DNA of 64,000 nt from Mobula hypostoma (Eukaryota): the NCBI RefSeq assembly GCF_963921235.1, contig NC_086101.1:10852001-10916000 (forward strand). The letters are read 5' to 3'. Under the pieces are notes generated by a model. The model had not been told where the DNA came from. It did no database searches and saw only the letters and a list, made by a program, of their open reading frames with translations. The translations under genes were made by a program, and so were the position numbers. Shown here one piece after another: positions 1-13,422 of the stretch (position 1 is the stretch's first letter; the number at the start of each line of letters is the position of its first letter).

Positions 1-44
1 GCAGATTTTTTTCATTGTCTCATTCACTGATCTTTGTTCCACAG

Positions 45-164
45 ATGATCTCTTCCCTGCTGTTCCTGAATGGGTCCTGCCACTGGTCGTCACCATTTGT
101 GTTGTAATTGCTGCTAACTTCACCCTGATTTATTGGAATGTGAAACAAAACAGACGCATAAAAG
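45..164 (+). CDS. Butyrophilin-like gene, transmembrane exon (120 bp, phase 1-1)
   Basis: Pyrimidine-rich acceptor tctttgttccacAG (43-44) and donor AAG|GTACGT at 165. Translates (D)DLFPAVPEWVLPLVVTICVVIAANFTLIYWNVKQNRRIK: a hydrophobic helix of about 21 aa followed by a basic stop-transfer segment. Confidence 0.85.
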
Positions 165-734
165 GTACGTTTCTGCAGTGTGAAGTATTCGCCTGGAAAT
201 CCAGTGGAAAATATCCCAGTTTCCCTCAGCAATTTCTGTGGAAAGCCAGAGCATTTTCTGGAAAGATTTTGTAAAATCCACATTCCCAGCAGGCTCTGAC
301 ATTCCAGCAGTGAACATTGTCTCTGGTAAGAATATTTATAGCCATAGAGTTGGGAAGTAAGGATGGAAACTGCCCGATGTTCAATCTCCTGTGTCTGTCT
401 GATGAAGTGCCAGGAGATTCATGTACTTCCTGTAACTTGGTTCCCGATATTTAGGCTGCTCTCCAGTGGTGAGACTGGGCACAATTTGTATGATAACTTT
501 GTTCAATAGCTCAAACCAAATTTTAAAACTCTGCATTTTTAATGTGTAATCTATCCCACTGTAAGCTCTGCACTTTTGGAGTCCTAAAATGTTCTAAGGA
601 GGCTTTCCAGAGGACAGAGCACAGAACTTCATCTTTTAAGCAGTAAAGCACAAAAAATGCTGGAAGAGCTCAGCATCTGTGGAAAGAAATAAACAGTCAA
701 CGTCTCAGACCAAGACCATTGACTGAAAAGGAAT

Positions 735-1842
735 TACACTGACTTCATTACTTACATCCTTCATATACATGAGGAGTAAAAATCTTTATGTTATGTCTCC
801 ATCTAAATGTGCAATGTGCAATTATAGTAATTTAGGATAAATATTATGTACAACAGAATAGTCAATATAACACAGACATACAGTTGTGTCAGCATGAATT
901 AAGCAGGCTGATGGCCTGGTGGAAGAAGCTGTCCCGGAGCCTGTTGTTCCTGGCTATTATGCTATGGTATCTTTTCCCAGATGGTAGCAGCTGGAACAAT
1001 TTGTGGCTGGGGTGACTCGGGTCTCCAATAATCCTTCGGAACCTTTTTACACACCTTTCTTTGTAAATGTCGACGATCCCCTTTGTAAATATCCTGAATG
1101 TTGGGAACTTCACATCTACAGATGTGCTGGGCTGTCTGCACCACTCTGCAGGGACCTGTGATTGAGGGAAGTACCGTTCCCTTACCAGGGAGTGATGCAG
1201 CCAGTCAGGATGCTCTCAATCATGCCCCTATTGAAAGTTCTTAGAATTTGTGGAGCCATACCAAGCTTCCTCAACCGTCTGAGGTGACAGAGGTGCTGTT
1301 GTGCCTTTTTCACCACACAGCCGGTATGTACAGACCACGTGAGATCCTCGGTGATGTTTATGCTGAGGATCTTAAAGCTGTTCACCCTCTCAACCCCAGA
1401 TCCATTGATGTCTATAGAATGCCTGTCTCCATTCCTCCTGTAGTCCACAACCAGGTCCTCTATTTTTGCGACATTGAGGGAGAGGCTGTTTTCTTGGCAC
1501 CATTATATCAGGGTGATGACTTCCTCTCTGTCGGCTGCATCATTATTATTTGAGATTAGGCTAATCTGTCGTCAGCAAATTTAATCAGCAGATTGAAGCT
1601 GTGGGTAGCTACACAGTCATGAGAATAAAGGAGGGGGCTTAGTACACAGCCCTGAGGGGCACCTGTGTTGAGGGTCAAAGGGGCAGAGGTGAGGGAGCCC
1701 ACTCTTACCACCTGCCAGTGATCTGACAGGAAGTCTAGGATCCAGCTACACACGGCAGGCTGAAGGCCGAGGTCTCTGAGCTTCTTGTTGAGCCTGGAGG
1801 GAACTATGGTGTTGAATCCAAGAACAGCATTCTCACGTAAGG
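735..1842 (-). mobile_element. Rex1/Babar-clade LINE, 3' RT region and 3' UTR, degraded
   Basis: Broken ORFs carry GAPQGCVLSPLLY, KFADD, KKAQQHLCHLRRLRK and LLPSGKRY..RLRDSFFHQAISLLN. Confidence 0.8.
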
Positions 1843-2345
1843 AAGGGTGAAGAAGCCAGCAAGAAGATGGGTGGTGGGTAAGGAGTACAACTTAGGGGCT
1901 GGCAGGTGATGGTAGGTGAGGGAAGAGATTGATGGATGAGGGAGGGAGTTGAAGTGTGAAGGGGGGAGGTGATAGATGGTAAAAGGCTGAAGCAGAGGGA
2001 ACCTTGTAGGAGAGGAGAGTGGACCATGGGAGATTGGGAAGGTAGTGAGCTGATAAGCAGGGTAGGAGAAGCAGAATGGGGTATGGAAATGGAAGAGGGT
2101 GGGCATCAGGGAGGTGAAAGTCAGGTTAGAAGAGAAGGAGTAAAAGGGGAGTCAGAATGGGGAATGGAAAAAGCGAGGGGGAGGGAGGAGAAATTGATAT
2201 TCATGCCATCAGGTAGGAAGATACCCAGACGGAATATCAGGTATTGTTCCTCCAACATGAGAGTGGCCTCATTGTGCCAAGAGAGGAGGCTCAATATGTC
2301 AGAATAAGAATGGGGATTGGCATTAAAAGACTTGGCCACTGGGAA
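1843..2345 (-). mobile_element. Penelope-like element remnant (GIY-YIG C-terminal end plus pyrimidine-rich tail)
   Basis: Minus-strand peptide EATLMLEEQYLIFRLGIFLPDGMNINFS resembles the end of PLE ORFs. A paralogous copy lies at about 13480-13960. Confidence 0.65.
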
Positions 2346-2349
2346 ATGC

Positions 2350-3965
2350 TGGAGGGGTGTGATTGGCAACTAAATATTCCAGGATTTCATTGCTTTAGGT
2401 GTGATAGAATAGGAGGGGCAAGATGGGGAGGTGTTGCATTGCTTGTCAGAGAAAATATAACAGCGGTACTCTGGCAGGATTGATTAGTGGACTTGTCCAG
2501 GGAGGCTATTTGGGTCAAATTGAGGAATGGGAAAGGTGTAGTGATGCTTATAGGGGTGTATTATAGACCACCTAATGGGGAACGAGAACTGGAGGAGCAA
2601 ATTTGTAAGGAGATAGCAGATATTTGTAGTAAGCACAAGGTTGTGATTGTGAAAGATTTTAATTTTCCACACATAGACTGGGAAGCCCATTCTGTAAAAG
2701 GGCTGGATGGTTTGGGGTTTGTAAAATGTGTGCATGATAGTTTTTTGCAGCAATACATAAAGGTACCAACTAGAGAAGGGGCAGTGTTGGATCTCCTGTT
2801 AGGGAATGAGATAGGGCAGGTGACGGAGGTATGTGTTGGGGAGCACTTTGGGTTCAGTGATCACAATACCATTAGTTTCAATATAATTATGGAGAAGGAT
2901 TGGACTGGACCCAGTTTCTGAGATTTATGATTGGAGAAAGGCTAACTTTGAGGAGATGCGAAAGGATTTAGAAGGAGTGGATTGGGACAATTTGTTTTAT
3001 CAGAAGGATGTAATAGAGAAATGGAGGTCATTTAAAGATGAAATTTTGAGGGTACAGGATCTTTATGTTCCTGTTAGGTTGAAAGGAAAGGTTAAAAGTC
3101 TGAGAAAGCCATGGTTTTCAAGGGATATAGGAAACTTGGTTCAGAAAAAGAGAGGGATCTACAATAAATATAGGCAGCTTGGAGTTAATGAGGTGCTCGA
3201 GGAATATAAAGAATGTAAAAAGAATCTTAAGAAAGAAATTAGAAAAGCTAAAAGAAGATACGAGGCTGCTTTAGCAAGTAAGGTGAAAATAATTCCAAAG
3301 GGTTTCTACAGTGATATTAATAGCAAAAGGATAGTGAGGGATAAAATTGGTCCCTTAGAGAATCTGAGTGGATGGCTACGTGCGGAGCCAAAAGAGATGG
3401 GGGAGAATTTGAACAATTTCTTTTCTTCGGTATTCACTAAGGAGAAGGATATCAAATTGTGTAAGGTAAATGAAACAAGAAGGGTAGTTATGGAAAGTAT
3501 GACGATTAAAGAAGAGGAAGTACTGGAGCTTTTAAGGAATATAAAAGTGGATAAGTCTCTGGGTCCGGACAAGATATTCCCTAGGACCTTGAGGGAAGTT
3601 AGTGTGGAAATAGCAGGGGCTCTGACAGAAATATTTCAAATGTCATTAGAAACGGGGATGGTGCCAGAGGATTGGTGTATTGCTCATGTGGTTCCATTGT
3701 TTAAAAAGGGTTCTAAGAGTAAACCTAGCAATTATCGGCCTGTGAGTTTGACGTCAGTGGTGGGTAAATTGATGGAAAGTATTCTTAGAGATGTTATATA
3801 TAATTATCTGTATAGACAGGGTCTAATTAGGAACAGTCAACATGGATTTGTGCGTGGAAGGTCATGTTTGACAAATCTCATTGAATTTTTTGATGAGGTT
3901 ACTAGGAAAGTTGATGAGGGTAAAGCGGTGGGTGTTGTCTATACGGACTTCAGTAAAGCCTTCAG
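2350..3965 (+). mobile_element. CR1 LINE ORF2 fragment (APE endonuclease to RT N-terminus)
   Basis: GVYYRPP, DFNFP, SDHN, NYRPVSLTS, QHGF, DFSKAF motifs; ORFs 2487-2921 and 2956-3993. Confidence 0.93.
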
Positions 3966-6387
3966 TAAGGATGTCAAGACAGAGAATTTGTAGAATGTCT
4001 GCGAGATGGCTTTTTAGAACAGCTTGTTGTTGAGCCCACTAGGGGATCGGCTGTACTGGATTGGGTATTGTGTAATGAACCGGAGGTGATTAGAGAGATT
4101 GAGGTGAAGGAACCCTTAGGAGACAGTGATCATAACATGATTGAGTTCACTGTGAAATTAGAAAAAGAGAAGCCAAAATCTGATGTGTCGGTATTTCAGT
4201 GGAGTAAAGGAAATTACAGTGGCATAAGAGGAACTGGCCAAAGTTGACTGGAAAGGGACACTGGCGGGAAAGACGACAGAGCAGCAGTGGCTGGAGTTTA
4301 TGTGAGAAGTGAGGAAGGTGCAAGACAGGTATATTCCAAAAAAGAAGACATTTTCGAGGAAAAAGGATGCAACCGTGGTTGACAAGAGAAGTCAAAACCA
4401 AAGTTAAAGCAAAAGAGAGGGCATACAAGGAAGCAAAAATTAGTGGGAAGACAGAGGATTGGGAAGTTTTTAAAACCTTACAAAAGGAAACCAAGAAGGT
4501 CATTAAGAGAGAAAAGATTAACTATGAAAGAAAGCTAGCAAATAATATCAAAGAGGATACTAAAAGCTTTTTCAAGTATATAAAGAGTAAAAGACAGGTG
4601 AGAATAGATATAGGACCAATAGAAAATGATGCTGAAGAAACTGTAATGGGAGATAAGGAGATAGCAGAGGAACTGAACGAGTATTTTGCATCAGTTTTCA
4701 CTAAGGAAGGCATCAGCAGTATACCGGACACTCAAGGGTGACAGGGAAGAGAAATGTGCGCAGTCACAATTACCACAGAGAAAGTACTCAGGAAGCTGAA
4801 TAGTCTAAAGGTAGGTAAATCTCCCGGACCAGATGGAATGCACCCGCGTGTTCTGAAGGAAGTAGCTGTGGAGATTGCGGAGGCATTAGCGATGATCTTT
4901 CAAAAGTCGATAGATTCTGGCATGGTTCCGGAAGGCTCTAAGATTACAAATGTCACTCCGCTATTTAAGAAGGGGGCAAGGAAGGAAAAAGGAAATTATA
5001 GACCTGTTAGTTTAACATCGGTGGTTGGGAAGTTGTTGGAGTTGATTGTCAAGGATGAGGTTACAGAGTACCTGGAGGCATATGACAAGATAGGCAGAAC
5101 TCAGCATGGATTCCTTAAAGGAAAATCCTGCCTGACAAACCTATTATAATTTTTTGAGGAAGTTACCAGTAGGCTAGACAAGGGAGATGCAGTGGATGTT
5201 TTATATTTGGATTTTCAGAAGGCCTTTGACAAGGTGCCACACATGAGGCTACTTAACAAGATAAGAGCCCATGGAATTACGGGAAAGTTACATACGTGGA
5301 TAGAGCGTTGGTTGATTGGCAGGAAACAGAGAGTGGGAATAAAGGGATCCTATTCTGGTTGGCTGCCGGTTACCAGTGGTGTTCCACAGGGGACAGTGTT
5401 GGGGCCACTTCTTTTTACATTGTACATCAACGATTTGGATTGTGGAATAGATGGCTTTGTGGCTAAGTTTGCTGACGATACGAAGATAGGTGGAGGGGCC
5501 GGTAGTGCTGAGGAAACGGAGAGTCTGCAGAGTGACTTGGATAGATTGGAAGAATGGGCAAAGAAGTGGCAAATGAAATACAATGTTGGAAAGTGTATGG
5601 TTATGCACTTTGGCAGAAAAAATAAACGGACAGACTATTATTGAAATGGGGAAAGAATTCAAAGTTCTGAGATGCAACGGGACTTGGGAGTCCTCGTACA
5701 GGATACCCTTAAAGTTAACCTCCAGGTTGAGTCAGTAGTGAAGAAGGCGAATGCAATGTTGGCATTCATTTCTAGAGGAATAGAGTATAGGAGCAGGGAT
5801 GTGATGTTGAAATTGTATAAGGCATTGGTAAGGCCAAATTTGGAGTATTGTGTACAGTTCTGGTCACCAAATTATCGGAAAGATGTCAATAAAATTGAGA
5901 GAGTACAGAGGAGATTTACTAAAATGTTGCCTGGGTTTCATCTCCTAAGTTACAGAGAAAGGTTGACAAGTTAGGTCTTTATTTTTTGGAGTGCAGAACG
6001 TTGAGGGGGGACTTGACAGAGGTGTTTAAAATTATGAGAGGGATTGATAGAGTTGACGTGAATAGGCTTTTTCCATTGAGAATGGGGAGATTCAAACAAG
6101 AGGACGTTAGCTGAGAGTTAAAGGGCAAAAGTTTAGGGGTAACATGAGGGGGAACTTCTTTACTCAGAGAGTGGTAGCTGTGTGGAACGAGCTTCCAGCA
6201 GAAGTGGTTGAGGCAGGTTCGATGTTGTTATTTAAAGTTAAATTGGATAGATATATGGACAGGAAAGGAATGGAGGGTTATGGGCGGAGTGCAGGTCAGT
6301 GGGACTAGGTGAGAGTAAAAGTTCAGCACAGACTAGAAAGGCTGAGATTGCCTGTTTCTGTGCTGTAATTGTTATATGGTTATATGG
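3966..6387 (+). mobile_element. Second CR1 LINE (different subfamily), 5'-truncated, with 3' end
   Basis: GVPQG, FADD and YCVQFWSP motifs split by stops; ends in the tandem tail TTATATGG-TTATATGG at about 6372-6387. Confidence 0.93.
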
Positions 6388-6816
6388 AAATCTTGCTTGA
6401 TGTGGATGGAGCAATAGTGGTCTACAAGACAGTCCCCCAATCTACATCAGTTGTCACGAATGTAGGTGTGCACCATATACAGCTAATAGCTCACAGCATT
6501 TCAAATTCAGCACTGAGTTTAACCACTTCAAACCATGATCGCTGTTTTCATGATTTTTCTGTTGTCATTTAAACCTTGACCCTAACATGGACCCATGGTG
6601 TATTTCCTCACTTGGCTCTTCTGTCTGACATCTGTGACCACTTCAACATTTTTTTATCTCTGATGGGAGACAGTCAACCATGAGTTTGATGATCCTCTCC
6701 GCAGCTTCCTGACCTTCTGAGTGTTCCCCGTTCTTTCAGGTCTCCAGCATCTGAAGCCAAATCATTGTCCTGAAAACGTATTGTTGTTCTGATATATCGC
6801 TGGTCTGTCTTTTCAG

Positions 6817-6849
6817 AGCTGGAACTCCAGAAGTCCGTCATAGAATCTG
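6817..6849 (+). CDS. Butyrophilin-like gene, juxtamembrane micro-exon A (33 bp)
   Basis: Acceptor tctgtcttttcAG and donor G|GTAAG, phase 1-1; encodes (E)LELQKSVIES in frame with the TM exon. Confidence 0.75.
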
Positions 6850-6959
6850 GTAAGATTTCAACAGTGAAATATTCAGAAACTATAAAAAATAGCCATTTTG
6901 TTTAATAAAATCAACCTTTCTATCTGTTAGGATTAATTATTTAAATCCTTCATGACATA

Positions 6960-8475
6960 CAGTTGAAGTCAAAAGTTTACATACACCTTAACCAAATACA
7001 TCTAAACTCAGTTTTTCACAATTCCTGACATTTATCCTGGAAAACATTCCCTGTCTTTTGTCATTTAGGATCACTAATTTATTTTAAGAATGTGAAATGT
7101 CAGAATAATAGTGGAGAGAATGATTTATTTCAGTTTTTATTTCTTTCATCACATTACCAGTGGGTTAGAAGTTTACATACACTTTGTTAGTATTTGGTAG
7201 CATTGCCTTTAAATTGTTTAACTTGGGTCAAACATTTTGGGTAGACTTTCACAAGCTTCTCACAATAAGTTGCTGGAATTTTGTTCCATTCCTCCAGACA
7301 AACTGGTGTGACTGAGTCAGGTTTGTAGGCCTCCTTGCTCACACACATTTTTTCAGTTCTGCCCACAAATCTTCTATCAAATTGAGGTCAAGGCTTTGTG
7401 ATGGCCACTCAAATACCTTGACTTTGTTGTCCTTCAGCAATTTTGCCACAACTTTGGAGGTATGCTTGGGGTCATTGTCAATTTGGAAGGCCCATTTGCA
7501 AATGAGCTTCAACTTCCTGACTGATGTCTTGAGATGTTGCTTCAATATATCCACATAATTTTCCTTCCTCATGATGCCATCTATTTTCTGAACTGCACCA
7601 GTCCCTCCTGCAGCAAAACACTCCACAACATGATGCTGCCACCCCCATGCTTCACGGCGGGATGGTGTTCTTCAGCTTGCAAGCCTCACCCTTTTTCCTC
7701 TGAACATAACGATGGTCATTATGGCCAAACAGTACAATTTTTGTTTCATCAGACCAGAGGACATTTCTCCAAAAAGTAAGATCCCACTGGTGATAGCACA
7801 GGACAGTTAACATCTTAGTCCACGTGTATTCTGTAACTCTGTCCCCATGTGCACTTGCAAACTGTAGTCTGGCATTTTTTATGGCAGTTTTGGAGCAGTG
7901 GCTTCTTCCTTGTTGAGCAGCCTCTCAGGTTATGTCGATATAGGACTCCTTTTACTGTGGATATAGATACTTGTCTACTTATTTCCTCCAGCATCTTCAC
8001 AAGGTCCTTTGCTGTTGTTCTGGGATTGATTTGCACTTCTGGTGCCAAAGTACGTTCATCTCTAGGAGACAGAATGCGTCTCTTTTCTGAGCGGTATGAC
8101 GGCTGCGTGGTCCCATGGTGTTTATACTTGCGTACTATTGTTTGTACAGATGAACGTGGTACCTTCAGGCGTTTGGAAATTGCTCCCAAGGATGAACCAG
8201 ACTTGTGGAGGTCCACAATTTTTTTCTGAGGTCTTGACTGATTTCTTTTGACTTTGTTTATAAACTTCTGACCCCCTGGCATTGTGATATAGTCAATTAA
8301 AAGTGAAATAATCTGTCTGTAAACAATTGTTGGAAAAATTACTCGTGTTGTGCACAAAGTAGATGTCCTCAACATCTCACCAAAACTAGTTTGCTAATTT
8401 GAAATCTGTGGAGTGGTTAAACAATGAGTTTTAATTACTTCAACCCAAGTGTATGTAAACTTCTGACTTCAACTG
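6960..8475 (-). mobile_element. Tc1/mariner DD34E transposon of the Sleeping Beauty (IR/DR) type, inactive
   Basis: Ends CAGTTGAAGTC...GACTTCAACTG flanked by TA (6958-6959, 8476-8477); inner DRs near 7158-7183 and 8258-8280. Transposase remnants KKIVDLHKSGSSLGAISKRLKVPRSSVQTIVRKYK, WSDETK, DNDPKH, WPSQS.DLN.IE, KGNATKY*. Contains frameshifts, a stop, an insertion of about 55 bp near 7785-7837, and has lost its start region. Confidence 0.95.
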
Positions 8476-9093
8476 TAGCTCTGTTTAGAGATTCATAAAT
8501 TAAGAATAACAAACTAATTCCCTGTACCTTACAACCAAGGATCCTTGAAATAATCTTGATGAAATACAACAGACTTTAGAATAGCAGCAATCAAACTTCT
8601 CTGGGAACAGTGGGTTAAACACAATCTGTCGGGGGAGGGATGATTTGTGAGGGAAGGTATTTTTGACATTTTGGGCAAAAACAGCATTGAGACTGGATGT
8701 TTTGGGTTGAAAAACTGCATAAAGACTGATGCAGGATTTTGACCAAAAATGTCAAAATTTCACTTCTCTCCCCCAACATTCCAATACCCCCACCCCCGAG
8801 ATGCTGATTTCCTCCCCCTTTGTTGTGTTAACTAATCCTTGCCATGTGAATGAAATGCTGTGGGTGGAATTTTCCAAGCCCTTGTGCTTTGGGTGCTTCA
8901 CCCCAACCTCGAGAACATGGTGGCAGCTTCCTAGAATTGGGTTTGTATTTCTGCACTGAACATCAATCACCACTCTGATGCAGGCTGGAATATTACAGGG
9001 TCAGATATTGCTGATCCCAGCCCACACTCACCCTGTGTCTGCACCCGTGATCTGCAGCCCGACAGTCCCTGAAGGTCCGATCAATACCTCTCA

Positions 9094-9567
9094 GTGACCC
9101 TCACCACCCCAACTCCCCCTCACCTCCCCAATGCCCCCTCACCTCCCCAACTTCCCTTTAACACCCCCTCCCCCTCATCACCCCCACATCCCCCACTCAC
9201 CCCCACCTCCCCCTCATCACCCCCACTCCCCCTCACTGCCACCTCCCCAACTCAGCCCCACCTCCCCATCACCCCCTCACCTCCTCCAACTCCCCCACCC
9301 TTTATCCTTTATCCCACTGCACTGCACTCTCCCCGTCACCCCCTTGCCCCCGTCACCCCCTTTCCCTGGTCACCCCCTTCCTCTCATCAGCCCCTCACCC
9401 CCTCACCCCCTTCCTCCCGTTGCTTCCCCTTCTGCCCCTCACCTCTCTTCTGCATCTTACCCCACTTCCTCCCAACACCCCCTTCCGCCCCTCAGCTTCT
9501 CTTCTCCCTGTCACCTCCCTCTCTCAGACTCCACCCTCACACCCCTCTCTCATTCCTTTTCTTTCCC
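9094..9567. repeat. C-rich low-complexity tract 1
   Basis: Almost G-free on the + strand, built of CCCC/CTC/CAC motifs. Confidence 0.9.
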
Positions 9568-9569
9568 CG

Positions 9570-10221
9570 AGTCTTCACAGTGGAGGACATTTGCAGTATA
9601 TCGGACATTCAAGAGTGTCAGGGAAGTGAAGTTTGTGCAGTGAAAATTTCGACTGAGAAGGTGTTCAGGAAGCTTAATGGTCTGAGGGTGGATAAATCTC
9701 CTGGACCTGATGGAATGCACCTTCAGGTTCTGAAGGAAGCAGCTGGAGAGATTGCAGAGACATTAACAATGATCTTTCAAGAATCGATAGTTTTTGGCAT
9801 TGTACCAGATGACTAGAAAATTGCAAATGTTACTCCACTATTTAAGAAGGGTGGGAGGCAGCAGAAAGGAAACTATAGACCTGTTAGCCTGACATCAGTG
9901 GTTGGGAAGTTGGTGGAATCGATTGCTAGGGATGAGATTACAGAGTACTTGGAGGCACATGACAAGATAGACCAAAAGCAGCATAGTTTCCTGAAAGGAA
10001 AGTCCTGCCTGACCAACCTACTGTAATTTTTTGAGGAAATTACAAGCAGGGTAGACAAAGGAGATGCAGCAGATGTGGTGTAGTTGGATTTTCAGAAGGC
10101 CTTTGACAAGGTGCCGCAGATGAGGCTGTTTAGGAATATAATAAGCCATGGAATTACAGGGAAGGTACTAGCAGGGTGGAGCAATAGCTGATCAGCAGAA
10201 AACAGAGAGTGGGAATAAATG
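9570..10221 (+). mobile_element. CR1 internal RT fragment, truncated at both ends by C-rich tracts
   Basis: VFTVED, KSPGPDGMH, NYRPVSLTS and DFQKAFDKVP homology. Confidence 0.9.
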
Positions 10222-13200
10222 CTTCCCACCCTCTTGCTCTCTCCATCACCGACTCACCCTCTTCCTCCCCCTTCCACTCTCTCCCTCCCTACTCCTGTGC
10301 CCTCCCCCTTCCCCCCTCACCCGCACCTCCCTCTCTCAGGACCCTTCCCCTCCCGCACTGCCCCTTCTCACTTCTCCCTTTTGCTCCCCCACACTTTTCC
10401 CCACCCTCTCCCCTCCACCTCCCAGCCCCACTTCCCGACCCCTCTTCCCAACCCCTCCCCATCCGCCCTCTTCCCGCACTCTCCCCACCCCCCATCCCTC
10501 CATTTGTTCCCTCCCCCTTGCGCTCCCTCCACCCCTCTACCCACCTCTATCCATGCCTCTTTCTCTACTTCCCTTCTCTGTAACCCCTCTCCCTATCCCC
10601 ACCTCACTCAACCCACTCCTTCTCTACCCACCTAGCTACCCCCACCTACTGCCTACCCCCTCGATCTACACCCCTTCTACCTCCCCTATCTACCTCCCAC
10701 TCTCTCTACCTCCCCCACTCTCCAACTCTATCCCTCTCTAACCTCCCCCTCTAACCCCTCATCTCTATATCACCCCCCTCCGACTGTCCCATTCTGCATC
10801 TCCCACCTTGCTAACTCCCCCCCCGAGTAGCCCCCCCACCTTCTTGAGCAGACCCCCCCCCCCGGAGCAGCCCTCTGAGCAGCACCACCCAAGATCCCTC
10901 TCCCCAAAATCTCCCTCTCAAAATCCCCCTCTCTCTAACTGCCCCCTAACTCCCTCCCTCTCCAACCCCCTTGCCAACTCCCCCACTCAGAAACTCCCCC
11001 CTCCCGAGCAGCACCCCTCCCATGCAGCCTCCCCCGCGCAGGCCCCCCAAGGTCCCCCTCCCTGAAATTCCCCTCTCAAAATCCTCTTCCCTCCTAGCAC
11101 CCCTCTCACGAACACAACCTCTCTCTAAATGCCCCTCTCTCTCACTGCCCCTCTCTCTCTCACTTCTCCTCTCTCACTGCCCCCCCAACTCCCCCCCAAC
11201 TCACCCCTGCTCGAACTCACCCCATCCTGAACTCATCCCCTCCCTAACACCCCCTCATAAAACACCATTATCTAAATCACCCCCTCTCTGACTATCCTCT
11301 TCCAAATCCCCCCCTCCAATTTCCCCCTCCCGAGCAGCAGACTTCTCGTGCCGCCTCTCCCCAAGCAGCACCCCCCCAAGTAGACCCCTCTGAGCAGCCC
11401 CCACCCCTTGAGCAGCCCGCTCCAAGATCCCCTCCCTGAAATCCCCCACCCTGACTGCACCATCTCTAACTCCTCCCCTCGCTAACTTACTACCACCCCC
11501 ATCCAACCCCCTTGCTAACTCCCCCCCAGCAACTCCCCCTCCCGAGCAGCACACCTCCCGTGCAGCCTCCCCCGTTCAGCCCCCACACCCCCTGAGCAAA
11601 AACCTCTAACTCCCCCCTTCCTAACTCCCCCATCTCTTACTCCCCCCAACTCCCCCCTCCGTAACACCGCTCTCTAAACTAGCCCCTCTCTGAATCCCCC
11701 CTCCACCTCCCCCTTCACTAACTCCCCTCTCCTGAGCAGAACCCCCAGCACACCCCCTGAGCAAACAACCGAGCATCCACCCAAGATCCCCCTCCCCAAA
11801 ATCCCCCTCATGTAATCCCCTTCCCTCTAGCACCCTTCTCACGAACACAACCTCTCTAACTGCCTTTCTCTCTAACTCACCCTGTCTCACCCACCCCCAA
11901 ATGTCTACACCACCACCCTCTACAACCCCTCTAGCTCCCTCTAGAGCCCACCCTCTATACCTCCCTCTAAACATGTACTCTGGACTCCACTCTCTAACCC
12001 CTCTAACTCCCTCCACTCCCCACCCGTTCTAACCCCCTGTAACCTGTCTATCCCCCTCTACCACCATCCCCTCTCCCTCACCCCACACACATGCCTCTCT
12101 ATCACCCTACTCTCTCACCCTCCTCTCTCCCCTTCTCTCAGCCCCATCTCTCACCCCAGATACACCCCTCCCCATCCACTTTCACTCACCCCTCCCCCTC
12201 ACCCCCACCTACCCCCTCAGACCATCCTCCCAAGCCCACCCCTCTCCCCACGCCCCTCTCCCCAAGCCTGCCCCCTCTCTCCAAGCCCCACTCTCCAAGC
12301 AACACCTCTCTCGAAGCCCCTTCTCTCTCTCTGCCACCCTCTCCCTCTCTCTCTCTGTCAGCCTCTCTCTCTGCCAGCTGCACCCCTCTCTCTCTCTGCC
12401 TCTCTCCCTCTGCCCCCTCTCTCTCTCTGCCACCCTCTCCCTCTCTGTCAGCCTCTCTCTCTGCCAGCTGCACCCCTCTCTCTCTCTGCCTCTCTCCCTC
12501 TGCCCCCTCTCTCTCTCTGCCTCTCTCCCTCTGCCCCCCCCCTCTCTCTCTGCCGCCCTTTCTCTCTCTCTGTGCTGCCCTCTTTCTGTCTCTGTGCTGC
12601 CCTCTCCCTCTCTGTGGCCCTGTCGCTCTTTCTCTGCCACCCTCTCTCTCACTCTACCACGCTCCCTCTCTCTCTCCCCCACTCTGCCCCACGTGCTGTC
12701 TCTACACCCCCTCTCTCTAACACTGTTCTCTCTAACCCCCCTCTCACTTTACACACCCTCTGTCTCTATCCCCCTCTCTCTACCCACCCTGAACCCCACA
12801 CTCTCTTTACTCCCATCTACACCCTACTCTTTCTAACACCCTAATTGTTAATCCCCTCTCTCATACCCCACACACTACCTTGCCCCGCTCTCTAAATCAC
12901 CAAACTCTCTGCCCACTCTCTTCCCCAGTCGCTCTCCCCCATTCGTTCTACCCCTTCTCTCAGTACCCACTCTCTCTACACTGCTCCAACCACCACCCAC
13001 TACTCCACTTTCTCTAAATCCTCTCACTATCCCCCTTTCTCTTTACACTCTCTCTACCCCACTATCTGTGTCACCCTCTCTCTCTGTGTCACCCCTCTCT
13101 CTGTGTCCCCCACACTGTGTCCCCACTCTCTGTGCCCCCCTCTGTGTCTGCCCCCTCTCTGTGTGCCCCCCTGTGTGTCCTCCACTCTGTTCACCCCTCT

Positions 13201-13422
13201 TCACCCCCTTGTCCCCCTCTCTCCCTCCTCTCTCCCTCTCTCTCCCCTCTCTCTTCCCCCTCTCCCCCCACTCTCAAACCCTCACTCTCAGACCCCTCTC
13301 CCCACTTTCCTCCAACACTCTCACCCCCTCTCCCCACTTTCTCTCTCACCTCTCTCTCTACCCCGTCCCCCTGCCCCATGCCGCTCTCTCTGCCCCTTCA
13401 CCGTTTCTCTGTCCCCTTCCTC
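10222..13422. repeat. C-rich polypyrimidine low-complexity tract 2
   Basis: About 3.2 kb of C/T-dominated sequence with CTAACTCCCC and GAGCAGC motifs and (CT)nGC blocks. Confidence 0.9.
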
